Shown in pieces: positions 1 through 10,054 of a stretch of DNA of 64,000 nucleotides; within the stretch, counting starts at the first letter, position 1; each line of letters begins with the position of its first letter. This DNA is from Bacteroidaceae bacterium (lineage in GTDB: Bacteria; Bacillota_I; Bacilli_A; RFN20; CAG-826), in contig CAVFNI010000004.1 of the NCBI GenBank assembly GCA_963624045.1, positions 20,931-84,930 on the forward strand. The letters run 5' to 3'. A program made the translations under genes and the position numbers. The notes below the pieces were generated by a model. The model had not been told where the DNA came from. It ran no database searches and was given only the letters and a program-made list of their open reading frames with translations.

Positions 1-1469
1 TCTTGCAAAACGATGCCTAGCGACCTACGCAAATCAGCCTTTTTAATTTTGTTGATATTGATATCGTCATATCGGACCTTGCCGTCTTCGATATCATAGA
101 AACGATTAATCAAGTTCGTGATCGTCGTTTTGCCTGCGCCCGTCGGACCGACAAAAGCCACCTTTTGGCCAGGCTTAGCCCATAAAGAAACGTCATGCAA
201 GACGGTTTTGCCGGGAATATAAGCGAAATCCACGCCGTCAAAAGTGATTTTGCCACGTAACCACGTATAGGTGGTTGGGGCGTTATCTTGATGCGGATGC
301 TTCCACGCCCACATCTTGGTCTTCTCCTTCACTTCAATTGGCTCGCCATTCGGCCCTTCTTTGGCGTTGCATAATTCAACATAGCCATTATCGACTTCCG
401 ACGGCACATCGATCATTTCGAAGATGCGTGAAGAGCCAGCGACGGCCAATGCCATGACGTTAAGCTGTTGAGAGACCTGCCCAATCGGCTGAACGAAGGT
501 CTTGGAATATAGCAAGAACGAAACCACTACACCGACGGTGAAAGACGATTTGCCTAGTAACGAGAAACTAGGGACGTTATTGATGATCATAAGCGAACCT
601 GCCAAAGCAAGAATCGCATACTGAACGTTGCCGAGCTGATTGACAGTCGGCATCAAGACGTTGGCAAAGCGGTTCGCCTTCATGGAATTTTGGAAATATT
701 CCTCATTGTGCTTACGGAAATCGGCGATATTTCTCTCTTCGTAATTGAAGACCTTAACAACGCGCTGTCCGCTCGTTAATTCCTCGATATAGCCGTTCAT
801 TTTGCCAAGTTCAATTTGCTGGCCCACAAAATAATGGCTAGACATCTTGGTGTAATATTTGGTGATGAAGAACATCAAAATGGCAAAAGCCAAAACGACG
901 GCAGTCAATAAAACATCGGTCAAAAGCATCATGATCAGACAAACAACCATCGTCACGAGAGATTGCGAGACCATCGGCAAAGAACGGGAAAGCATTTCGC
1001 GCAAGGCATCAACGTCGTTGGTATATACCGACATGATGTCGCCATGGGTGCGGCTATCAAAATAAGAAACGGGCAAATCTTGCATGTGATTGTATAATTC
1101 GTCGCGGATTTTCTTTTGTACGCCTTGGCCAATAACCGACATCATCACGTTATAAAGATAATTGGAGATGATGGCGACTAAATAAGAAGCGGCCAGCAAT
1201 GAGATGGCGATGCCGAAGGGCACGCCCGAAAAAAGACCGCTAGAAGGGGTGACGATTGTCCCTACACCCGCCTCCAAAGAGCCTTTGATATAGGAATCAA
1301 TTAGAATGTTGCCGACGAAATAAGAACCGATGACCCCACCTAGGCTAGAGAGCAAGACAAAAAGCAAAACAAGGGCGAATTGCCAGGGATAATACTTAAA
1401 AACGTAACCCAAAAGCCGTTTTATCGCACGGGCTTTTTCCTTGCCTGAGACTTTGGCGACGTTACGCAT
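1..1469 (-). CDS. ABC transporter ATP-binding/permease protein, second subunit of a heterodimeric exporter (3' end runs off the window)
   Basis: Absent from the ORF track because it is open at the window edge. My minus-strand translation from the ATG (complement of 1467-1469) gives MRNVAKVSGKEKARAIKRLLGYVFKYYPWQ..., a multi-TM exporter domain, then Walker A VAFVGPTGAGKTT at about 120-170. It starts 5 nt after the stop of the upstream ABC gene. Confidence 0.8.
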   Translation of the reverse strand, partial: MRNVAKVSGKEKARAIKRLLGYVFKYYPWQFALVLLFVLLSSLGGVIGSYFVGNILIDSYIKGSLEAGVGTIVTPSSGLFSGVPFGIAISLLAASYLVAIISNYLYNVMMSVIGQGVQKKIRDELYNHMQDLPVSYFDSRTHGDIMSVYTNDVDALREMLSRSLPMVSQSLVTMVVCLIMMLLTDVLLTAVVLAFAILMFFITKYYTKMSSHYFVGQQIELGKMNGYIEELTSGQRVVKVFNYEERNIADFRKHNEEYFQNSMKANRFANVLMPTVNQLGNVQYAILALAGSLMIINNVPSFSLLGKSSFTVGVVVSFLLYSKTFVQPIGQVSQQLNVMALAVAGSSRIFEMIDVPSEVDNGYVELCNAKEGPNGEPIEVKEKTKMWAWKHPHQDNAPTTYTWLRGKITFDGVDFAYIPGKTVLHDVSLWAKPGQKVAFVGPTGAGKTTITNLINRFYDIEDGKVRYDDININKIKKADLRRSLGIVLQ

Positions 1470-1473
1470 TTTT

Positions 1474-3279
1474 CTAGTTGTTGCCATCGAAGTCACCTCC
1501 CCCTAATTGCGATTCGTATAATTCTTTATAGACAGCTGATTTTTGCATCAGCTCATCATTATTGCCGCGATCGACGATTCTCCCTTCGTTCATAACCCAA
1601 ATCTCATCACAATCCTTAACGCTTAAAACCCGTTGGGCGATGATGAATTTGGTGACGTCTTGCCGCTTGCTTTGTAATTCGTGCCGGATAAGGCTATCCG
1701 TATGCGTATCGCAAGCGGAAGTGCTGTCGTCAAGGATCAGAATCCGCGGATTCTTCAAAAGGGCCCTGGCGATACATAAACGTTGTTTTTGACCGCCTGA
1801 GACGTTAGTTCCGCCCTCGTCGATCTTCGTCTCCAAACCATCGGGCATATCGTTTAAGAAGGGCGTAACCTGCGCGACGTCGCAAACCGCTTTAAGTTCG
1901 GCGTCGCTAGCATTGGGATTGCCCCATAACAAATTGCTTCTGATGGTACCTGAAAAGAGGGTGTTCTTTTGCAAAACCACCGCAACAGCATCTCTTAAGG
2001 TCTTTAAATCATATTCTTTGACGTTATGCCCGCCGACGATCACTTCGCCCTCGCGTGCATCGAATAAACGCGCGATTAAGGATACTAATGTGGTCTTGCT
2101 AGAACCAGTCGAGCCTAAGATGCCAATCATCTTGCCGCTAGGAACGCTGACGTTAATATCGTGCAAGACGTCTTTTTGGGCGTCACCGACATAAGAAAAG
2201 CTGACGTTCTTGAAGACGACTTCCCCATTTGGGACTTCCATGATGGGGTTTTCTGGGGAAACGATATCTGGCTCTTCAATGAGGATTTCTTCGATACGCT
2301 CCGCGCTGTTACGGGCAATGATGATCATCGTGAAAACCATCGATATGAGCATAAGCGACATCATGATCATCATGACGTAAGTGATCAAAGTGGACAGTGC
2401 GCCGACTGATAAAGATGTTTCGTTGCTGGACACGATTTGTTGGGCCCCAAAATAAGAAATGGCCGTAATCGCACCATAAACAGCCAAAGTCAAAATGGGG
2501 TTATTGGCTGCCACAATCTTTTCGGCGTGAATAAAATTTCGATAAATGAAATCGCTGACTGAAGCGAATCTCTTTTTCATATAATCTTCGCGATTGAATG
2601 ATTTAATGACGCGCATGCCGTCGACATCCTCTTGCACCTCTTCATTCAATTGATCGTAGGTGTCAAACACCCTTTCGAAAGTGGGGTGGACAAATTTAGC
2701 AATAAATAACAAGGCAAAGAGAACAACCGGGATGATAACCAAGAAAATCCAAGCAATCTCCCAATCGGTGACAAAACACATAATTAACGCGAAAACCATA
2801 AGGAAGGGGGCACGTAAAACGGCGCGAATGATTTGCAAAAAAGCGAATTGGACGTTCGATACGTCCGTGGTTGTGCGGGTGATGATTGAGGAAGTGCTGA
2901 ATTTATCGATGTTCTTAAAGGAAAAATCCTGGATATGCACAAACATCGAATCGCGTAGGTTTTTGCCAAAACCGGCGCTAGCTTTAGCAGCAAACGCTCC
3001 CGCTAAGATGCCAGTGATGGCCGCCACCACCGCAAAGGCGGCGATAATGCCAGCGTACATATAAATGGCCGAAGCATCAGAGGAACCGGAATTATTGATT
3101 TCGTTCACGCTGTTGATAAGGTCTTGCATGAAGAAGGCGACAAACACTTCGCAAGCCGTTTCGATGAGCACCATGCACCAAGTGGTAATGGTCTCTTTCC
3201 AATATCCATTAATGTTCTTAATGAGCAATTTTAGCGTCGATTTGCGGAGTTTTTTGGTTTTTTTATTATTTTTTGACAT
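1474..3279 (-). CDS. ABC transporter ATP-binding/permease protein, first subunit of a heterodimeric exporter
   Basis: 601-aa ORF with an N-terminal six-TM domain. Walker A GSTGSSKTT, signature VSGGQKQR and Walker B ILILDDSTSA are present. The ATG is confirmed at 3277-3279. Confidence 0.9.
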   Translation of the reverse strand: MSKNNKKTKKLRKSTLKLLIKNINGYWKETITTWCMVLIETACEVFVAFFMQDLINSVNEINNSGSSDASAIYMYAGIIAAFAVVAAITGILAGAFAAKASAGFGKNLRDSMFVHIQDFSFKNIDKFSTSSIITRTTTDVSNVQFAFLQIIRAVLRAPFLMVFALIMCFVTDWEIAWIFLVIIPVVLFALLFIAKFVHPTFERVFDTYDQLNEEVQEDVDGMRVIKSFNREDYMKKRFASVSDFIYRNFIHAEKIVAANNPILTLAVYGAITAISYFGAQQIVSSNETSLSVGALSTLITYVMMIMMSLMLISMVFTMIIIARNSAERIEEILIEEPDIVSPENPIMEVPNGEVVFKNVSFSYVGDAQKDVLHDINVSVPSGKMIGILGSTGSSKTTLVSLIARLFDAREGEVIVGGHNVKEYDLKTLRDAVAVVLQKNTLFSGTIRSNLLWGNPNASDAELKAVCDVAQVTPFLNDMPDGLETKIDEGGTNVSGGQKQRLCIARALLKNPRILILDDSTSACDTHTDSLIRHELQSKRQDVTKFIIAQRVLSVKDCDEIWVMNEGRIVDRGNNDELMQKSAVYKELYESQLGGGDFDGNN

Positions 3280-3730
3280 TGCAGCAACCCTCCTTGAACC
3301 CCACGTTCTTCTGAATCTTTAGTAACAATTTATATAACTCTTCTTTTTCTTCGTTCGTGAAGTCGCTGACAATGGAAAGGTTGATTTGGAGGAAAAGTTC
3401 ATCGAATCTCTTTTTGAGGTCGCGTCCCTTTTTGGTTAAAACGATATATTTGACGCGCTTGTCGCTGTGACTGACATTACGAGCGAGATAGCCTTTTTCA
3501 ATCAAATTGGAAATGGTTTGCGAAGCCGTGGCTTTGGATATGCCAAACCTCTTCATGATATCAGAGGCTAACATCATTTCTTTGTCGTGACGGAAAATGA
3601 AAGCCATGATCATCGATTCAACACCGGTGATTTCTAACGATAAAGTATCGGCCATTTGCCTATCGATATAATTTTTAATGGCGTTTGAGGTGACTCGAAC
3701 CTCGGCGCCAAGCGATCTTTTTTCATCCAT
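3266..3730 (-). CDS. MarR family transcriptional regulator
   Basis: 154 aa with a winged-HTH pattern (ISKATASQTISNLIEKGYLARNVSHSDKRVKYIVLTKKG). It overlaps the downstream ABC gene by 14 nt, so it probably regulates that exporter operon. Confidence 0.8.
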   Translation of the reverse strand: MDEKRSLGAEVRVTSNAIKNYIDRQMADTLSLEITGVESMIMAFIFRHDKEMMLASDIMKRFGISKATASQTISNLIEKGYLARNVSHSDKRVKYIVLTKKGRDLKKRFDELFLQINLSIVSDFTNEEKEELYKLLLKIQKNVGFKEGCCNVKK

Positions 3731-3951
3731 AAAGTTAGTTACCGAACCTTTTTCTTGAACGGCATTATTGTAAGAACAAAATAATAATGGTCAAGAGGTT
3801 TTTAACGAATTTTTATTAGCATAAATCCCACGAGCAAATGTCACATTACTCAATAAATGTTCAACTTAAAACGCCACAGCCAATAATGGGCCCATGAATG
3901 TTGTTTTCGCGTTTTTAAACACCTTAAAGGAACGCTCTCCTGCTCCTTCTT

Positions 3952-5229
3952 CTATAAACCGATTGAATATAGGGGCAATTCAACGAAATCTCGGTACTTC
4001 AATATGTTTTTAGAGAAGCCAAAACGAACAGCAGGCAAAATCGTTTTCTCATATTTGGCTAAACCTTTAAAATCGTTAGCATATTCTTCTTTGGGAAAAA
4101 GCCCTTCAATCAATATCGGACGGATATTCTCGCCATTACTTAGCAAGAAATCCACTTTCTTCTTGTCGATATCCGCATAATAGAAAAGGCAATTCCTAGG
4201 CTCTAGACCCTTGTTAAGGAGGTGCTTATATAATTCAGAAAAGACATAGGTTTCCACTATCGCGCCTGACATAGGGCCATATGACAAAGCACCGCTATCG
4301 CTATAACGAGCTAAATAAGCGCATAACCCCGTATCCAAAAAATATATTTTTGGCGTTTTGATTATTCTTTTGGAGGCCTCAGGAGACAACGGATCAAGCA
4401 ACGCAATCACCAAATTGTTAGACAGAATTTCAATCCATCTTTTAATTGTGCGATGGTCGACACCGACAAGCGACGATAATTCCTGAAGTTCCAAATACGA
4501 AGATGAGCGTAACGCCAAAGCGCGCAAAAATATCAAGAATTTTCCTTCGTTCATCCTTTGCCGCAAACCAGACGAAACCAAAGAAGAGATGTTTTTAAGG
4601 AACGCGGCGTAAAACGCTTCCCGTGTCAATGTTCCATCAACCACACCAGGAAAGGAACCGCGAAGCAAACGCTTAAAAAAAGCATCGCGGTTTTCGTATA
4701 ACAATTCCTCTTTCTCAACCCTAGAAAATAATTCAACGTCGTTGTTGGAAAACACGTTATTGGCAACGACGCCTTTTTCTTCCAAAAAAGAGAGGGTTGG
4801 CACCTTAAAGACCCTTAATTCCTTTCCTAAGCGAAAGGAGAGGTCGGCCAATATCGAATAGTCGGTCATCGACAAAACGAAGCGCGGTTTTAAGTGATTG
4901 GCGCTTTTCTTTTTGCCATTCTTAACGCGATTGACGATCTCAACAAGCAATGGCGGCGCGTTATCGGCATCCTCGATTATGAGCGGCTCCGTATATAAAT
5001 CGAGGAACTGCCTAGGGCTGGTGTTAGCCAAAAATCGATCGTCCTCATCTTTTAGTGGAACATGGGTATACGTGTCATCGAAACATCTATCCAAAAGATT
5101 CTCAACGCCGCTTCCCGACATGCCAAAAAGAACAACGACAGACACGCCTTTTATGTTTTCCCGGATGGTTTTTTCTATTTCTCTTGTGACCATTTGATAT
5201 TTTTGACTTATATATGTAATTTTAATCAA
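3952..5229 (-). CDS. AAA_14/DUF4143-type protein with degenerate Walker motifs
   Basis: 425 aa. The C-terminal part has the family hallmark KIYFLDTGL. The N-terminal P-loop position reads LFGMSGSGVENLL. The track start at 5229 is TTG, and the first ATG is at 5193. Confidence 0.6.
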   Translation of the reverse strand: MIKITYISQKYQMVTREIEKTIRENIKGVSVVVLFGMSGSGVENLLDRCFDDTYTHVPLKDEDDRFLANTSPRQFLDLYTEPLIIEDADNAPPLLVEIVNRVKNGKKKSANHLKPRFVLSMTDYSILADLSFRLGKELRVFKVPTLSFLEEKGVVANNVFSNNDVELFSRVEKEELLYENRDAFFKRLLRGSFPGVVDGTLTREAFYAAFLKNISSLVSSGLRQRMNEGKFLIFLRALALRSSSYLELQELSSLVGVDHRTIKRWIEILSNNLVIALLDPLSPEASKRIIKTPKIYFLDTGLCAYLARYSDSGALSYGPMSGAIVETYVFSELYKHLLNKGLEPRNCLFYYADIDKKKVDFLLSNGENIRPILIEGLFPKEEYANDFKGLAKYEKTILPAVRFGFSKNILKYRDFVELPLYSIGL

Positions 5230-5279
5230 ACAATCACAAAAATAAAGTATTTAAGTAATAAATACCTAAATACTTATCT

Positions 5280-6254
5280 TTACAATTTTTCTCTTGCGAT
5301 TATTCCATTCAAAATACGTTCAAGATCGTCGCAAGTCTTGGTGTGGAGTGCTATTTCGGTACGAATTTTCTTATATCCGGCAAAACCAGAAAAGAAACGC
5401 GGAAGAATGCCTCTTAAATCCAAAGCGGCCACCCGTTCGCCCTTTTCTTCCTTCAATAACGCCGTCAATTCTTTGGCGTAAATCGCTTGCTGTTTGGCCG
5501 TTGGAACCATTAAAAGAGGCTCATTATCGATTGCTCTATTGATATTTGTCACTAATTCGGGGTTTCCAACCCCTCCCCTAGCCACCATCACATAGGAGGC
5601 CTTAGAAATTTCCATGGCTTTTATGGCAGCTTCTGACGTAAAAATATCGCCCGACACACATAAAGGAATCGTTAATTCTGATCCCAAATCTCTAATTTCT
5701 TCCCATAATGGAGTCCCGCTATAAGCTTGAAGGCTTGTGCGGGCGTGGACTGTCAATAGGCTAATTCCTGTGTTTTCAAGCAGTTTGGCAACTTCTCTTA
5801 CGTTAATTGAGGAATTATCCCACCCAAGACGGATTTTAGCGCTGACGGGCAAAGAGGACGCTTTTACGATTCCTCTCATGTATTCATATAGTTCGTCAGA
5901 CCTTTTTAACCAAGCGCTTCCAGCCCCCGTTTTGACGACCTTATGAACGGGGCAACCTAAATTGATATCCAACATATCGTAAGAGGCTATTCGTTCAATT
6001 TTTTCAATCGCTTTGACGGTGTTTTGAAGTTCAAAGCCGAAAAGCTGCAAAGCCACAGGGCGATCGTCGTTAGAGGTTGCTAGATAATCCAGCGTACGTT
6101 TATTGTCGTAATTGATTCCGCAATCGGAAATCATTTCGCTGACGCTTAAAGCCACGCCAAAAGGCTTCATAAAACGCCGATAAGCAAGGCTAGTAATCCC
6201 CGCCATCGGTCCTAAAATAACCCGTCCTTTTGTCTTTATGCCTTTTATTTCCAT
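5280..6254 (-). CDS. dusB: tRNA-dihydrouridine synthase
   Basis: 324 aa with Dus-family motifs: ILGPMAGIT, NLGCP and the catalytic-region VHARTS. Confidence 0.85.
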   Translation of the reverse strand: MEIKGIKTKGRVILGPMAGITSLAYRRFMKPFGVALSVSEMISDCGINYDNKRTLDYLATSNDDRPVALQLFGFELQNTVKAIEKIERIASYDMLDINLGCPVHKVVKTGAGSAWLKRSDELYEYMRGIVKASSLPVSAKIRLGWDNSSINVREVAKLLENTGISLLTVHARTSLQAYSGTPLWEEIRDLGSELTIPLCVSGDIFTSEAAIKAMEISKASYVMVARGGVGNPELVTNINRAIDNEPLLMVPTAKQQAIYAKELTALLKEEKGERVAALDLRGILPRFFSGFAGYKKIRTEIALHTKTCDDLERILNGIIAREKL

Positions 6255-6290
6255 ATCAAAAAGAAGGCCGTTATGGCCTCCTTAAGTCAA

Positions 6291-8414
6291 TTATTTATCG
6301 GCATCTTTCGTTTTATCGTCGGCCGCTTTTTCAGTTTTTAGATCCTTTGCCGGAGTTGAAGGAGAAGCGCTATCGGCAGATGGTTTTTTCTCGTTGACTG
6401 AGGCCGCTTGCTTTTGTGGCAAGGCGCCCGTCTTAATCAATGATTCTATCTCCTCAGCCGTTATCGTCTCTTTAGCCAATAACGTTTCGGCAATTAGCGT
6501 GACGTCTTTCGCGTGCTTAGTGATAATTTGCTTAGCTTCTTCGTGGGCTTTTTCCACGATTTCGCGAACGGCCTTATCAATTTCAAAAGCGATTTGCGTC
6601 GAGAAATTTTTGGTCGTGTCCATATAGTCGCGGCCCAAGAACACCGATCCGTTATTTCGTTCGTATTGAATAGGGCCTAAATCGCTCATTCCGTATTCGG
6701 TGACCATTGCCCTGGCTATTTTGGTGGCTTCTTGGATATCGTTAGAGGCACCTGTTGAGACATCATCAAAGAACACCTCTTCGCTCGTCCTTCCGCCCAA
6801 TAAGCCCGTGATTTGAGCCAAAAGTTCTTTTTTAGTTAACAAGAAGCGGTCGTCCTCTGGAGTCATAAGGACATGCCCACCAGTATTTCCGCGAGGAATA
6901 ATCGTGATTTTCTGAACTTTTTCGGCGTGAGGAAGCACTAAGCCAATAACGGCATGCCCAGCTTCATGAAAAGCAACTTGCTTCCTTTCGGTTTCCGATA
7001 GCCCTTTGTTGCTCTTAGCGGGACCAGCGATACGACGATCGATGGCTTCATCGATTTCCGCCATGCCAATGGCTGGCTTATTGAAACGCACAGCCAAAAT
7101 AGCAGCTTCATTAAGGATATTCTCCAAATCGGCGCCGGAGAAGCCGACTGTTCTTTGGGCTAAAGCCTTAAAATCAACGGCAGCGTCGATAACTTTGTTA
7201 CGAGAATGAACCTTCAAAATGGCTTCTCTGCCTTCTTTATTGGGAAGGCCAACTGTCACGATGCGATCGAAACGTCCTGGACGCATGAGCGCGGGATCAA
7301 GAACGTCGCTTCTGTTAGTGGCGGCCATCACAAGGATGCCGCTGTTATAATCGAAACCATCCATTTCAACAAGAAGTTGGTTAAGGGTTTGTTCGCGTTC
7401 GTCATTGCCTCCGCCAAGGCCGGCGCCACGTTGGCGGCCAACGGCATCAATTTCATCAATAAAGATGATGCAAGGGGCGCTTTGTTTGGCTTTTTTAAAC
7501 AAATCGCGCACACGGCCAGCGCCAACGCCGACAAACATTTCAACAAAATCGGAACCGGAAATGCTAAAGAAAGGCACCCCCGCTTCACCGGCTACCGCCT
7601 TAGCCAAAAGGGTTTTACCAGTTCCAGGCGGACCGATTAAAAGAACGCCTTTGGGCAAACGCGCGCCGAATTTGCTATATTTTTTAGGCTCTTTGAGATA
7701 TTCAACCATCTCCACCATTTCGGCTTTTTCCTCATCGCATCCAGCCACATCGGCAAAGCGAATTTTAGAAGCGTCTTCACGACGCGCCGGAGATTTATTG
7801 AAATCCATCGCCTGACGGTTGGCTCCGCCCATTGAACGGCCGATGAAAACAAATAAGAAGCCGCCGACAACGACAAGCAAAACCATTTGAATTATCGTCG
7901 GTCCCCAGGTATCCCAAAAAGAAGCTTGATAGGGATCGAGAGCATTAATGGAACTGGCGCCAAATTTATCTTTCAAGACGATTCCGCCAATCTCCGCGTT
8001 ATCCCATTCGTCGATTTTTGCTAGGAAAATCGAGTCATATGACGCGTGTTTCTCTTCGCCAACCTTAAAATCAGCGCTCCAATGAGCGTTAGAAATAGTG
8101 ACAGAGAAGGACCCGCGGACTTTATTGGGCTCGGTTTGGCTGTAATAAGTTCCCGTGACAGAAACGACATCTCCGCCTTTTGGCTTATATTCGTAACTTT
8201 TGATGTAATAAGCCCTGCTATCATTCCCAACATTGGTTGACCCGTCGTTAATGTTATAACCCGTATAGGAATCAAGTTGCCCCTCCGTCCACGTTACCGT
8301 TTGACTAGAAAAGGCTCTGACCGCCCAAAACACGATGCCAAAAACAATGATGCCGATGAGGATATACGGCAACGTTTTAGATAGCCATCCGCGATGTTGT
8401 TTGTCTTCTTTCAT
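6291..8414 (-). CDS. ftsH: ATP-dependent zinc metalloprotease FtsH
   Basis: Walker [14 protein letters not shown], Walker B IIFIDEID, second region of homology, and zinc motif HEAGHA. The start was moved to the ATG at 8412-8414 (MKEDKQH), which follows a GGAGGAG Shine-Dalgarno sequence. Confidence 0.95.
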   Translation of the reverse strand: MKEDKQHRGWLSKTLPYILIGIIVFGIVFWAVRAFSSQTVTWTEGQLDSYTGYNINDGSTNVGNDSRAYYIKSYEYKPKGGDVVSVTGTYYSQTEPNKVRGSFSVTISNAHWSADFKVGEEKHASYDSIFLAKIDEWDNAEIGGIVLKDKFGASSINALDPYQASFWDTWGPTIIQMVLLVVVGGFLFVFIGRSMGGANRQAMDFNKSPARREDASKIRFADVAGCDEEKAEMVEMVEYLKEPKKYSKFGARLPKGVLLIGPPGTGKTLLAKAVAGEAGVPFFSISGSDFVEMFVGVGAGRVRDLFKKAKQSAPCIIFIDEIDAVGRQRGAGLGGGNDEREQTLNQLLVEMDGFDYNSGILVMAATNRSDVLDPALMRPGRFDRIVTVGLPNKEGREAILKVHSRNKVIDAAVDFKALAQRTVGFSGADLENILNEAAILAVRFNKPAIGMAEIDEAIDRRIAGPAKSNKGLSETERKQVAFHEAGHAVIGLVLPHAEKVQKITIIPRGNTGGHVLMTPEDDRFLLTKKELLAQITGLLGGRTSEEVFFDDVSTGASNDIQEATKIARAMVTEYGMSDLGPIQYERNNGSVFLGRDYMDTTKNFSTQIAFEIDKAVREIVEKAHEEAKQIITKHAKDVTLIAETLLAKETITAEEIESLIKTGALPQKQAASVNEKKPSADSASPSTPAKDLKTEKAADDKTKDADK

Positions 8415-8532
8415 GGGTTCTCCTCCTTTTGTATCGACATATTGTAAATATAGATGCGTTCTTCCCAATTTGTTTCGCGAGCGAAGAATAGCACCTTAAG
8501 CCACCTCACTCAAGAAAAATGATTTTGCATTT

Positions 8533-9777
8533 TTACTGGTTTATTTCCGTATGAATAACCAATTTGGATGTGTGATATTCTTTGAAGGATTTGTCGTATC
8601 TTGGCACATAAATTATTTTGCCGTCCTTGTTTAGGAAAACCGGCCAGATTTTTAGCATGTCATTCGTGATTCCAGCAGCAACAAGCAAAGGTTTAACGGG
8701 CACAAGATGGCCGCCAAAAACATAAGTATCTTGCGGAAGAACGCTACGAACGGTCAAAGGGTAATCAGATTCATGTATATGTCGGTCTTCGGCCCCTTTG
8801 GAGAAATCCAAATCAAAGCTAGGGCAAGAAAAAGCGCACGGTTCCTTTAAAACGTAACTATATGGCATATTAAGCCCGTCGTTATCAATGAAAATAACGT
8901 CGTACTCCTTGACGAAATAGATATCATCTTTGATCTTCAGCGTGTCATTTTCTTTGCCGTTCAAGCACATTGCTCTTAGGTCTTTTAGAAGTTTCTCGCT
9001 TATTTTTATCTTTTTCTTGGCATTACGATTAAGGAAGGCGGTAACGGACGTGACATATTCTTCCCAAGAAAGAGCGATAAGCGAACGAATATTCAAATCA
9101 TCGTGATTCTTTATCGCCCCTTTGAAAGCCTCGGCGAAAGAAATTTCATCGTTTTGCTTCCGATTCATTTCATCGATTATTTGATCTCTTTCAACCTCGT
9201 TCATCCTATCTACTTCCCGCCTAATTTCCGAACGAAGATGACTTTCCTCGAAATCGCTAGCGCCTAGTGAATATGGCACGTTGTGCGCATTGCAATAATT
9301 GATTAAGTCCTCATGGATATATTGAAGGAGCGGGCGAACGACGATCATGCCATGAGATGTGCTTATCTTGCTTCGTCCATATTTGGCTTTGCTGATACCG
9401 AGCTTCTTCAAAAGCAAATAATTTTCGATAATATCGTCCTGTTGATGGGCCAAAAAGAGGGCACAAGCATCGTATTTTTTATAAATTTCCGAGAAAAAAC
9501 CATAACGGGCTTCCCGCGACCATTTGGCAAAATCGTCATCGCGACCATCTTGATTCATGAAACGAGCGTCTCTTACCTCCAAACGCAGCCCTTTTTCTTG
9601 ACAAAACACCGCCAATTTCTGCTCGTCTATCTCATTTTCTTCGTTCAAATGGTAATTGATGTGACAAACCACAGGCGAGACGCCATTATTCATCATCATG
9701 TCGAGCAACGCCATCGAGTCGGGGCCGTAATTAACCGCCACCAAATACGTTCCGTCTCCAAATTCGTAATCAAGCAT
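8533..9777 (-). CDS. tilS: tRNA(Ile)-lysidine synthetase-like protein
   Basis: 414 aa at the position expected from Bacillus synteny (upstream of ftsH). TilS-like motifs LAHQQDDIIENYLL and VRPLL are present. The PP-loop reads NYGPDS rather than SGGxDS. Confidence 0.7.
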   Translation of the reverse strand: MLDYEFGDGTYLVAVNYGPDSMALLDMMMNNGVSPVVCHINYHLNEENEIDEQKLAVFCQEKGLRLEVRDARFMNQDGRDDDFAKWSREARYGFFSEIYKKYDACALFLAHQQDDIIENYLLLKKLGISKAKYGRSKISTSHGMIVVRPLLQYIHEDLINYCNAHNVPYSLGASDFEESHLRSEIRREVDRMNEVERDQIIDEMNRKQNDEISFAEAFKGAIKNHDDLNIRSLIALSWEEYVTSVTAFLNRNAKKKIKISEKLLKDLRAMCLNGKENDTLKIKDDIYFVKEYDVIFIDNDGLNMPYSYVLKEPCAFSCPSFDLDFSKGAEDRHIHESDYPLTVRSVLPQDTYVFGGHLVPVKPLLVAAGITNDMLKIWPVFLNKDGKIIYVPRYDKSFKEYHTSKLVIHTEINQ

Positions 9778-10042
9778 TTTCTTCTCCTCCCGTTATTTCT
9801 TCGCGGATTATCTCGTACATTTTCTCGGCTTCTTCTTTTTTGGCATATGGCTTAACTTGCAGCACCTTAGCCGTTATTTTGTGCCGGCCAAGAAGCAATG
9901 TGAGTTCGTCGTTTATGGCAATCTCGCTCATGGGTTTGGCCCTTTTGCCATTGATGAATATATCGCCATCCAAACAAAGGTCCTTGGCGGTGCCGCGGCG
10001 CTTGATAATGCGTGAAACTTTAAGCCATTTGTCGATTCGCAT
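9770..10042 (-). CDS. S4-domain RNA-binding protein (YabO/Hsp15-like)
   Basis: MRIDKWLKVSRIIKRRGTAKDLCLDGDIFINGKRAKP matches the S4 domain pattern. The ATG is at 10040-10042; the track start at 10048 is TTG. Confidence 0.8.
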   Translation of the reverse strand: MRIDKWLKVSRIIKRRGTAKDLCLDGDIFINGKRAKPMSEIAINDELTLLLGRHKITAKVLQVKPYAKKEEAEKMYEIIREEITGGEENA

Positions 10043-10054
10043 AAACAAAGTTTA

